Shown here piece after piece: positions 56,149-64,000 of a DNA stretch of 64,000 nt (position 1 is its first letter; each line of letters opens with the position of its first letter). Position numbers and translations under genes: made by a program. Source of the stretch: Candidatus Latescibacterota bacterium (GTDB lineage Bacteria > Latescibacterota > UBA2968 > UBA8231); NCBI GenBank assembly GCA_965217585.1, contig OZ244561.1:6080001-6144000 (forward strand), in the 5' to 3' direction. Under the pieces are notes generated by a model. The model had not been told where the DNA came from. It saw only the letters and a program-made list of their open reading frames with translations, and did no database searches.

Positions 56149-58671
56149 ATGCACTCCCCCAGGGTGTTGCACTGGGCCAGCGCCGGGTTCGCCGTGCTGC
56201 TCTTGTCCATCCAGGTCCAGGCGCAGGCGTATCGCCTCAGCGGCAACCAGCTCGCAATCGACCGGCGTTCCCACTGGGTAAACTGGGAGATCGCCGGCGG
56301 CCTCGTCGAGATTTCGCCGGACGGTCAGGTTGCCCCTCGCTTCATCCAGAAAAACACCAATGCGGTGCTGGATGCAGAGCAGTTCGAAAATTCCACCAGC
56401 CCCGGCGGGCTCGAGGTCGGCTCCAATCCGTCGGAGGCGCGCAATCTGATCGACGGCGACATGGATACATCCTGGGGGCCCGATCCCGACAGTCCTCTGG
56501 AAAACTGGCGCTTCACCCTGCACCTGGGCCGGATTGTCATCGCCTCGAAAATCGTCCTGCGCTTTGCCGCCGAAGACGTGGGGGACCCCTTTCTCCAGTT
56601 CAAGGTTCTGGCCTGGCGCCAAGGGCCCAAGCGGGCCTGGGATCGGCCCTACACCCTGGCGGGAACGAATATCCCGAACTTCTGGGAAATCGGCCGTACC
56701 GACAAATCCAACAAGCAGCAAAGAGTCTTCGAATTCGTCGTCGAGCCTACCGAATCCACGGATGAGCTGTTCACCGGGGATCCGATCGAAGCGGTGCGGG
56801 TGATCGTCACGGACAGCGATTTTTTTAGGGCCGAAGAGATTTCAAAGGAGGCCTACGAGGCGTTGCTGCCCGAAAAGCGCGGGGTGGTGGAATACTACAG
56901 GAAGGATGCCTCGGGATGGGAAACCCTGGTTTCGGAGCAGGATTACGAGGCGATCGACGCAGCGAACCAGGGCCCGATACGCTACTTCCGCAAGGAAATC
57001 CCCCGCTTGGCCGAAATCGAGGTCTGGACCCCCGGCGAAAATATCAACATGGGTGCCACCGAGCGGGGGGGAATCCTCCATCTGGTAACCGATGCCGGGC
57101 CAAAGGACCTGGGCCGCTCGGTCACGGACGGGGATTACAGCACCGGGCACGACGGCTCGATCTTCGAGGACCAGACCTTCACCTTCTTCGAAGACCTAGG
57201 CGCTCTGTTCTGGGTTGATACCATGCAGTTCATTCTCGACGGAGTCACGAGCATCGACGAGTTCTTCTTGGATGTATCCGATGGTACCAGGGCACCCGAC
57301 GGCACCATCAAGTGGACCCGGGTGGCCGCCAATCTGGTCCGGTCGAAATTCCGCGAGTTCAGGATCGAGCCGGTCCGGCTCCGCTACATCCGCACGCCCT
57401 TCCAGAACCCGACCCGGAGACTGACTTACATAGGGATCACCGAGGTGATGCTCTACGGGGAAGGCTACGTTCCGGAGGTGGTGCTGAGTTCGGGGCTGAT
57501 CGAGCTGGGGGCCCGGAAAAACCTCATCGCCATCAACTGGGAGGCGGACACGCCGCCCGGCACCACGGTCCAGATGCAGACCCGGACGGGCAACCAGTTG
57601 GACGAAATCAAGATCTACCACGACACCAGCGGCAAGGTCGTGACGGAGGTGGCCTTCAACAAGCTGCCCAGTTTCAAGCAGGGCGAGATCACCAGCCTTT
57701 TTGTGCCGGGAGGGGACTGGAGCACCTGGAGCCCTCCCCATCGCCACAGCGGCGAGCTCATCCTGTCCCCCAGCCCGAGGGAGTTCATGGAGATCAGGGC
57801 GCTGCTGCTGTCGGAGCGCGCCGACGCGGCCCCCACGCTGCGATCCGTCACCGTGGATCTCTCCAATCCGCTGGCCGCCCAGCTGCTGGGAGAGGTGTGG
57901 CCCAACCGCATCGAGACCACGGGTAAGGCCGAGGAGTTCGCGTTTTTCCTGCGCCCCTCTTTCAGCGGCTCCAGGCAAGGATTCGACGAAATCGCCATTG
58001 CCGCCTCGGCCGGAGTGGCCCTGGAGGAATTGCTCGAAGTGCGCCTAGGCAGCGACGCAGATTTTCTCAACAACGAAGCGACTCTTTTGACCCCTGCTGA
58101 ACTGGCGGAGTACCGAACCCGGCCCGATACCCTCTGGTTCCGCCTGTCCGATCCGGTGGGAAGGGACGTGGACATGGTAGAGATCCGCTTCCGCTCGACG
58201 ATCTTTGCCAATAGCGCCTCGTTCGACGCTGCCGTGCAAAGCTCTGGCGCTGCTGGTTTCTGGCAGAAGGTCGACGGCGGCGAAGCCACGGACCTGGTGG
58301 ACAGCCAGACCACGACGGTGCTGGCCCTCGGAGACAACGAACTCATCAAAGACGTGCGCCTCGATTCCAAGGTCGTGACGCCCAATGGCGACGGTGTCAA
58401 CGACGCGCTGAAATTCAGTTTCAGCATCGCCCGCTTGATCCAGAGCGACGGGGTGAGCGTGAGCATATACGACCTCAGCGGTGCTCTGGTCAAAAAGCTG
58501 GCGGCAGACAAAGCGGACCCGCGCGGACAGTACGATGTGCTGTGGTTCGGAGAAAATGCCTCGGGTCAACTGGTCCCCGTGGGGATTTATCTGGCCAGAA
58601 TCGAAGTCGACACCGATGTGGAAACAGGAGTGGAAACCTCGGCGCAGCACCTAGTCTACGTAGCCTACTGA
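56149..58671 (+). CDS. Family A (A1) secreted protein with FlgD/CTD-like domain
   Basis: Signal peptide; YRLSGNQL; GDPFLQF; PRLAEIEVW; QTRTG; WSTWS; TPNGDGVND..VYVAY. Confidence 0.85.
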   Translation: MHSPRVLHWASAGFAVLLLSIQVQAQAYRLSGNQLAIDRRSHWVNWEIAGGLVEISPDGQVAPRFIQKNTNAVLDAEQFENSTSPGGLEVGSNPSEARNLIDGDMDTSWGPDPDSPLENWRFTLHLGRIVIASKIVLRFAAEDVGDPFLQFKVLAWRQGPKRAWDRPYTLAGTNIPNFWEIGRTDKSNKQQRVFEFVVEPTESTDELFTGDPIEAVRVIVTDSDFFRAEEISKEAYEALLPEKRGVVEYYRKDASGWETLVSEQDYEAIDAANQGPIRYFRKEIPRLAEIEVWTPGENINMGATERGGILHLVTDAGPKDLGRSVTDGDYSTGHDGSIFEDQTFTFFEDLGALFWVDTMQFILDGVTSIDEFFLDVSDGTRAPDGTIKWTRVAANLVRSKFREFRIEPVRLRYIRTPFQNPTRRLTYIGITEVMLYGEGYVPEVVLSSGLIELGARKNLIAINWEADTPPGTTVQMQTRTGNQLDEIKIYHDTSGKVVTEVAFNKLPSFKQGEITSLFVPGGDWSTWSPPHRHSGELILSPSPREFMEIRALLLSERADAAPTLRSVTVDLSNPLAAQLLGEVWPNRIETTGKAEEFAFFLRPSFSGSRQGFDEIAIAASAGVALEELLEVRLGSDADFLNNEATLLTPAELAEYRTRPDTLWFRLSDPVGRDVDMVEIRFRSTIFANSASFDAAVQSSGAAGFWQKVDGGEATDLVDSQTTTVLALGDNELIKDVRLDSKVVTPNGDGVNDALKFSFSIARLIQSDGVSVSIYDLSGALVKKLAADKADPRGQYDVLWFGENASGQLVPVGIYLARIEVDTDVETGVETSAQHLVYVAY

Positions 58672-58682
58672 GGAGGATGGAG

Positions 58683-60581
58683 ATGAGAGATATGGCATCC
58701 GTGTTTCTCTGGGTCGTCGTCCTGCTGCTCTTCCCGGGGCGCGAGAACGCCTCGGGACTCGTCATCTACCGCCTGGGCGGCGAGGAGCTTCCACTGCCTC
58801 CGGAGGCCGGCGAACAGGATGTGGACTTCGTGCAGCTGGGCTGGTTGGAAGTGGAGGAGGCCCAGGGTGGCGAGCTCTATCAGCTCGATATGGACGCCCA
58901 GGGCATTCGGGCGCTGGAGTACGATCCGCAGGTGAACATAGCACCAACGGCCGAGGATAGAGGCGGCAAACCCATCCTGCCGGCCCTCAACGGGCAGGTG
59001 TGGGACGGGGATATCAACACGGTGTGGAATGCCACCCGCTACCTGTGCATCGAGTTTCGCGGTACCGCCGGCCACCAGTGCCGCGAGGGCTTTGCCCAGT
59101 CGGGAACGACGCAAATCATTCTCGGCGACGGCACCATGGTCCTGGACCGGGTCCGGATCCTGTCCGGCCTGAACGACCCGGCCGGGGTGGCGCGCACCGT
59201 GCGTCTCTCCATCTCCTCGCTGGCCAATATGCCCTTCATGAGCAGCCACTCCCATCCCCCGCTCAGTTCCTACATCGTCGAGGTGCACAACAACAACGAT
59301 CCATATCTCGAGATACCGCTGCCGCCGCACGAAGACGGCACCTTCCTTCAGGTGGCCCTGGGCGAACACGACCACCCTTGGAAAGTCCACGATATCGAGG
59401 TCTACGCCAAAGGTTTTGTTGAGCGCTCTACTTACATTTCCAACCGCATTGATGCCCAGAAGCCGGTGGCCTGGGGCCAGCTCCGCTGGGCCGGACGCAA
59501 GGCTCCCGGAGCCAAGGTCTTCATACAAACCCGGAGCGGGGCGGGGGAAGACCCTCTGCGCTACTGGAAATTCATCGGCAATGAAAGCGAAAAGGTGGGG
59601 GTGACCCGATCCCAGTACAACAGGCTCAAGCCCGGCGAGCAGGGCGGTACCACCTACAATCGGGAGGACTGGACGTTCTGGTCGGCACCGTACGATTTCG
59701 CCGACAGCGCGGGGACGGCCATCTCGGCGAGCCCGGACCGCTTTTTCCAATTCAAGGTGGACTTTTTTCCGGGGACGGATGGCGGCGGCGAACTGGACTT
59801 TCTGGAGCTGCGCGCCGCTTGGCCCCCTCTCGCTTCCGAACTGGTGGCCGAGATCTACCCGTTCGAAGTAGAGCCGGGGGAGACGACGCGATTTACCTAT
59901 GCCCTCAGGCCGGTCATTGGAGACGGGGATATCGGCTTCGACCGCTTGAAACTAACTTCGTCTTCCAACAGGATCATGTCCGTCGAAACCGTGCGGTTGG
60001 GAGGGGTGGATGTCGACTTCGCGGTGGAGCACCAGACCGAAAACGAAGTGGTCATCGCCCTGCCGGCCATAGAGCGGGAAGATACCGCTGTCCTGATCGA
60101 GGTGATATTCGAGGCGATTGCCCTGCGCTACGGATCCACTTTCGACGCTAGGGTTTTCTCCAGTCGTCGCCCTCTCGAAGTCCCCCAGGGGGTGCTCCCA
60201 GGCGATGCCACCGACGCGTCCGCTGGCGATCGGGTATCCGTCATCACCGCGATCGAAGATAAAACCCGGCTAAGGGCCGAGGCCGCGCCTCCGGTCTTTA
60301 CCCCGAACGGGGACCAGGTCAACGACGGTTTCCACATAACCTACGACCTTTTCGAGATCTCGGGTTCGGGGTCCGTGACGGTCGAGATACGGGATCTGAC
60401 CGGTCGCTTGGTGCGCCAGGTCTATGCCGGGGACGACCCGGTGGGTCACTACCAGCGGGCATGGGACGGAAAGGACCAGGCCGGGCGGGTGGTGCGTCCG
60501 GGCGTGTATCTGTACCGCGTCTCGGTGGACACGGACGAGGGAGAAACGGACGAAATCGGCACCCTGCACGTGGCCTACTGA
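58683..60581 (+). CDS. Family A (A2) secreted protein with FlgD/CTD-like domain
   Basis: AGGAGG RBS; IYRLGG; QTRSG; WTFWSAPY; FTPNGDQVND..WDGKD..PGVY..LHVAY. Confidence 0.85.
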   Translation: MRDMASVFLWVVVLLLFPGRENASGLVIYRLGGEELPLPPEAGEQDVDFVQLGWLEVEEAQGGELYQLDMDAQGIRALEYDPQVNIAPTAEDRGGKPILPALNGQVWDGDINTVWNATRYLCIEFRGTAGHQCREGFAQSGTTQIILGDGTMVLDRVRILSGLNDPAGVARTVRLSISSLANMPFMSSHSHPPLSSYIVEVHNNNDPYLEIPLPPHEDGTFLQVALGEHDHPWKVHDIEVYAKGFVERSTYISNRIDAQKPVAWGQLRWAGRKAPGAKVFIQTRSGAGEDPLRYWKFIGNESEKVGVTRSQYNRLKPGEQGGTTYNREDWTFWSAPYDFADSAGTAISASPDRFFQFKVDFFPGTDGGGELDFLELRAAWPPLASELVAEIYPFEVEPGETTRFTYALRPVIGDGDIGFDRLKLTSSSNRIMSVETVRLGGVDVDFAVEHQTENEVVIALPAIEREDTAVLIEVIFEAIALRYGSTFDARVFSSRRPLEVPQGVLPGDATDASAGDRVSVITAIEDKTRLRAEAAPPVFTPNGDQVNDGFHITYDLFEISGSGSVTVEIRDLTGRLVRQVYAGDDPVGHYQRAWDGKDQAGRVVRPGVYLYRVSVDTDEGETDEIGTLHVAY

Positions 60582-60602
60582 ACCGTCTTCTGCCTCGAAA
60601 GC

Positions 60603-60639
60603 GAAAAAACCTGGAGGACGAATTCCCCCAGGTTTTTTC
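60603..60639. terminator. Bidirectional intrinsic terminator between convergent genes
   Basis: GAAAAAACCTGG...CCAGGTTTTTTC inverted repeat. Confidence 0.85.
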
Positions 60640-60664
60640 TGTACAGGCCCAGACAACGCTGGCC

Positions 60665-61600
60665 TTATTTGACGAACTCAGACTTGATCCGGCCCCAGGA
60701 ATCGGTCTCCACGGCCGTGGGGAACATGCTCAAATCGACCGGTGCCAGCTCGAAGTCGGCCGCGACGCTGGCGTTTTTCCAGACATTGTGGACCGGCGGG
60801 AAATCGTAGGAACCTTCGTAAGAGTCGTCCGTGTCGTAGTCTTTGAACAGATACCCGATGTGGATGATATTCCCGAGTTCAAGATCCACTATCGTGCTGT
60901 TTTCCGGGCCCCGGTAGTCCAGGAATTCCCAGGGCGTCACCTTGAACTCGTAGGTGTAGGTACCCGGCCCATCGGACTCGCCGGTGCGCGACCAGCCGGC
61001 TTCGAGGTATTCCGGACTGGGGGTGGTCTTGCCGTCCGTCAGCCAGGGGAACTCGGTATCGTGGTGGTACATGAACAGCCACCACCCGTCGATCGGCGGC
61101 ACCAGCGCTGTGTAGAGCTGCATGTAAGCATATTCTATTTGCAGGCGCTCGTGGTCCGACAGCTCGTGTAGAGCGGTATGCCCCCCCTCGAACGCTTCGC
61201 CGCCGCTGTGGTCGGCATCGACCACGAAATTGATGTCGTCGTCCCAGTTGTGGCCGGACGGGGTCTCTCGTTTGTTGTGGAGAAAGTCGTCGACCACGTC
61301 GGACATCGAGTAGATCCGGTTGGTCTCTTCGTTCCAGCCGACGATGCACTTGATGTTGATGTCCGAGAAGTCGAGATCGGTCCCAATGCCGCGCACCGTC
61401 TCATAGAAGTCTTCCCCCAGATTTATGTGGTAGCTCTCGGGAACCATGTCCCAGTCGCTCAAATCGCCGTCGATGACCGGCAGAGCGTGGGCGGGGAACC
61501 CGAAGGCGAAGTAGGTTACATCGGGCGGCTCGTGCGCTGCCAGCCCCGTGGACAAAGCCGCTGTAAGACACGCGGCCAAAAGGATTTTCGATACTTTCAT
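60665..61600 (-). CDS. Family C secreted CBM9/DOMON-like protein, second paralog
   Basis: Signal peptide; PVIDGDLSDW, VGWNEETNRIY, DADHSGG; ends TAVETDSWGRIKSEFVK. Confidence 0.8.
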   Translation of the reverse strand: MKVSKILLAACLTAALSTGLAAHEPPDVTYFAFGFPAHALPVIDGDLSDWDMVPESYHINLGEDFYETVRGIGTDLDFSDINIKCIVGWNEETNRIYSMSDVVDDFLHNKRETPSGHNWDDDINFVVDADHSGGEAFEGGHTALHELSDHERLQIEYAYMQLYTALVPPIDGWWLFMYHHDTEFPWLTDGKTTPSPEYLEAGWSRTGESDGPGTYTYEFKVTPWEFLDYRGPENSTIVDLELGNIIHIGYLFKDYDTDDSYEGSYDFPPVHNVWKNASVAADFELAPVDLSMFPTAVETDSWGRIKSEFVK

Positions 61601-61900
61601 GGCTCCTTCTCCTCCTTGATGATATGGGAATGTTGATCATCGCTTTCGCGGTAGAGGTGGATGTGTGCCGATCGTCGACCTCCTTTCTATATCGAGAGCT
61701 TTTACCAAAACCGCTTTTTTCGCAGTCTTTTCGCTCGCTCTCGGGGCACAGGCAGATTTTCGGATAGGCCCTGATACTGGCACCTAGTCCGGACTGTCGT
61801 AGCTCATATCGTGTCAATAAAGCAAAAATACAGCTCAAACTCAAGTATTTTGACTTTTTATAGAGACGTAGAGACGCCTTGATAGCGCGGTTTTCAGCCG

Positions 61901-64000
61901 CTATTCCAGGCCGGCGTACACGGTCGCATAGACGAAATTGCCGGTTCGGGTTTTCCTGTTGCGCGCCGCGATCTCGAGACTGCTGTGATTGAGGCTGACC
62001 CCGAGCTGGGTAGTCAGCCGGTACCCCAGATACTCACCTCTATTGGTCAACTGCGCGGCCACGACCGTATTGCGCAGATCGCCCGTGGGCGCTCCCTGGT
62101 CCAGACTCTCTTCGTCGGCGACCATGTCCTGGAAAAACTCCTGTTCGAGTCCCGTTTCTATAGTGGTCTTCCTCATCAACGGGAACTTGAAGACCAGAAA
62201 AAAGATCCCGGACCACGACTCGCGTTCTGCGCTGGCCATCGAGTCGGGGGTATTGTCTTTTAAAAGCTCGCTCTTGAACTTCGGCTGGATGCTCAGGCGG
62301 CCCAGCTGGTATAGGTAATCCACCTTGTTGATGAGTCCGAAAAAGCGCGTGTCTCTGGCGGCACCGAGGCGGCTTTCGTCCCGGCGCGGGCGCACGGTCT
62401 TGTATTTGAGTTTGTTGACGGATCGCACCCCGACATCGGAGCGGCGCTCGACTTCCGCATAAGCGGTGTTGATCCAGGCGTCTTCGGCGAAGAGGGGATC
62501 CGCTATGGATCGCTGCGATCCGGGTGCCCCCGGGAGCTGGATCCACTGGAAAAGGTCGTCCTGGATGTCGTCCTTGGCCTTCTTGAACATGTCGAAGAGG
62601 CGGATCTGGCCGATCCCGGCGTAGTTCTTCTCAAAGGCGAAAAGCCCGTAGGTGGTCCGGTTTGTCCGGTCGTCCGATATGAGCGACTGGCGCACCTGGC
62701 CCGCAGTCAATTTCACGTGCGGCGTCAAATCGATGCCGAAGTAGATATTGTACCCTTTGTGGTCCCTCTTGTAGGGATAGTCGGGCTCGTGGTCGTTTTC
62801 AAAGCGGTCCACCCACCCGTTGTTGTTCAAATCCATGCCGAAGAGGAATTCTGGACGATCCGAGGCGTATCTCAGGAAGGGCTCGTCGTAGTCGGGAAAG
62901 TTGTTGCGCTGGAAGAAATTGTCGTTCTGGTTGAAGTCGGAGATAAAATCCTTGTTTTCATCCCAACCGGGAAAGACGGCGTCGTCGGCGAACCCTTCCG
63001 CTGATCGGCCTTCCGCTCCCCTTTCGAGGCCGGTCCTGGGGTCTTGAAAGAGCCGCTTCTGGTCCGGCAGCCGGTCCTGATCGTCGTTGTCGTCCACGAA
63101 GTCGTAGATATTCCTCGTCGGGTCTTCGTAGTCGACCCGGCCGAATCCATCCACGATGAAGGGGCTGGTGTTGTACTCCGCCTCCATATAAAAGCCCTCG
63201 GCGAAGAAGAACCACGGATGGGCCACCTTCGCCAGATTGATCATCCACGCCGCGGCCGCCTCGTCGCCCACCAGGCCCGAGGCCGCCGCGTGGGTCTCTA
63301 GGCGCCGGTTGGGATACTGCCTGTAGCGGTGGTTCACGTCAAATTCGGTGTACAGGTCAAACCCCATCAGGTCCCTCACCTCCACGGTGAGACCGACGAC
63401 CTGGTTCGCCGTGGGCAGACCGTAGTCGAAGACGACCTCGGTCCTGTTCGAGCCGTTCTTGACGTTGCCCTCGGCCTGGGCCACCAGCAGGAAGACCGGT
63501 TGCGCCTCCGCGTTGGTCTGCGCGTCGGAGGTGATCTCTACCTTGTAGTCGTTGACCAGAACGAGTCGGAACCTGACGCCCTTGATCTGGTTGGCGATAT
63601 CTACATCGCCGACGGCTTCGGCGAGCAGATTCAGGTCGTACCTGAGCAAGATCTGTTCGCTGCCGTCCGCCACTCGCACGCCTTCTCTGAAGACCCCGCC
63701 TTCCCGGCGGGGGAACGGGGGCGGTCGTTCGGCGAGGGTGCGGTATTTCTCCGCCAGCAGACTGTTTATCGCGCCGCCGGTGAAAACCGTGTCCCGCTCC
63801 CCGAGCATCGTGGTTATCTCTATGGACTCGGCCAGGAGGACCGCCCCCCCTTCGGCGTCTGCGGGAGAGTCGTCGCTGAGCCGGATGACGATGGACTCGA
63901 TCTGGTCTTCGAGCTGTCTGGCGGTGAGGGCCCCTTTGAACAGGTTGCCTTTGAAGCTCTCCAGGGTGGCCCGGCCGGTGTGTGCATTGACCAGGGTCCC
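61901..64000 (-). CDS. Family B putative outer-membrane protein, third paralog, 5' end outside the window
   Basis: Frame open to the window edge (GTLVNAH...LSDDSPADAEGGA); D/N-rich block; ends VYAGLE. Confidence 0.85.
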   Translation of the reverse strand, partial: GTLVNAHTGRATLESFKGNLFKGALTARQLEDQIESIVIRLSDDSPADAEGGAVLLAESIEITTMLGERDTVFTGGAINSLLAEKYRTLAERPPPFPRREGGVFREGVRVADGSEQILLRYDLNLLAEAVGDVDIANQIKGVRFRLVLVNDYKVEITSDAQTNAEAQPVFLLVAQAEGNVKNGSNRTEVVFDYGLPTANQVVGLTVEVRDLMGFDLYTEFDVNHRYRQYPNRRLETHAAASGLVGDEAAAAWMINLAKVAHPWFFFAEGFYMEAEYNTSPFIVDGFGRVDYEDPTRNIYDFVDDNDDQDRLPDQKRLFQDPRTGLERGAEGRSAEGFADDAVFPGWDENKDFISDFNQNDNFFQRNNFPDYDEPFLRYASDRPEFLFGMDLNNNGWVDRFENDHEPDYPYKRDHKGYNIYFGIDLTPHVKLTAGQVRQSLISDDRTNRTTYGLFAFEKNYAGIGQIRLFDMFKKAKDDIQDDLFQWIQLPGAPGSQRSIADPLFAEDAWINTAYAEVERRSDVGVRSVNKLKYKTVRPRRDESRLGAARDTRFFGLINKVDYLYQLGRLSIQPKFKSELLKDNTPDSMASAERESWSGIFFLVFKFPLMRKTTIETGLEQEFFQDMVADEESLDQGAPTGDLRNTVVAAQLTNRGEYLGYRLTTQLGVSLNHSSLEIAARNRKTRTGNFVYATVYAGLE

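Noticed and set aside
15140-60581. Flagellar hook-cap (flgD) genes
   Set aside because: Only the C-terminal Ig-like domain resembles FlgD; the proteins have Sec signals and there are no flagellar genes.
40119-60581. Diversity-generating retroelement or invertible shufflon acting on the paralogs
   Set aside because: No reverse transcriptase or recombinase, and I saw no near-identical template/variable repeat pair or inversion sites; the paralogs are deeply diverged.
1-64000. rRNA, tRNA, riboswitch or prophage genes
   Set aside because: No recognisable signatures in the intergenic regions; an Rfam/tRNAscan search would be needed to exclude them fully.
53894-64000. Separate horizontal origin of the right-hand cluster, suggested by cleaner C/G-ending codon usage
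   Set aside because: Visual impression only; no att site, integrase or boundary repeat found, and I cannot quantify it here.

Overview
GC-rich bacterial DNA. The gene content (many large secreted proteins ending in a FlgD/'NPFTPNGDG' Ig-like domain, TAVE..WG.IK tails, an LRR/FN3/leishmanolysin lipoprotein) suggests an FCB-superphylum lineage such as Ca. Latescibacterota, possibly host-associated; this is inference only. Left to right: a truncated DapA-family gene and a broken TlpA redoxin; an 8.3-kb transposase-less block bounded by 15-bp inverted repeats and a TTA duplication, carrying an ABC-2/TolC/NEW3 exporter and a nested 115-bp IS903-type MITE; a two-component system with a DUF4258/YgiT toxin-antitoxin-like pair and a TPR/coiled-coil/double sugar-binding protein; a sugar-acid catabolic cluster (uxuA, Gfo/Idh/MocA, amidohydrolases, sugar ABC transporter). 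The ABC operon is split by a self-contained FN3-LRR-M8 metalloprotease lipoprotein cassette, itself disrupted by an IS630 element. The main finding is a repeatedly duplicated, apparently uncharacterised cell-envelope module: six secreted paralogs with a shared C-terminal domain ending in Tyr (family A), three ~900-aa Asp/Asn-rich putative outer-membrane proteins (family B), two CBM9/DOMON-like proteins with a TAVE..WG.IK tail (family C), two polytopic inner-membrane proteins (family D) and a parvulin foldase. It may be a Sus/PUL-like uptake system or a T9SS type-B-like surface display system. No rRNA, tRNA or CRISPR array was seen. All family assignments come from motif recognition by eye, not database searches.
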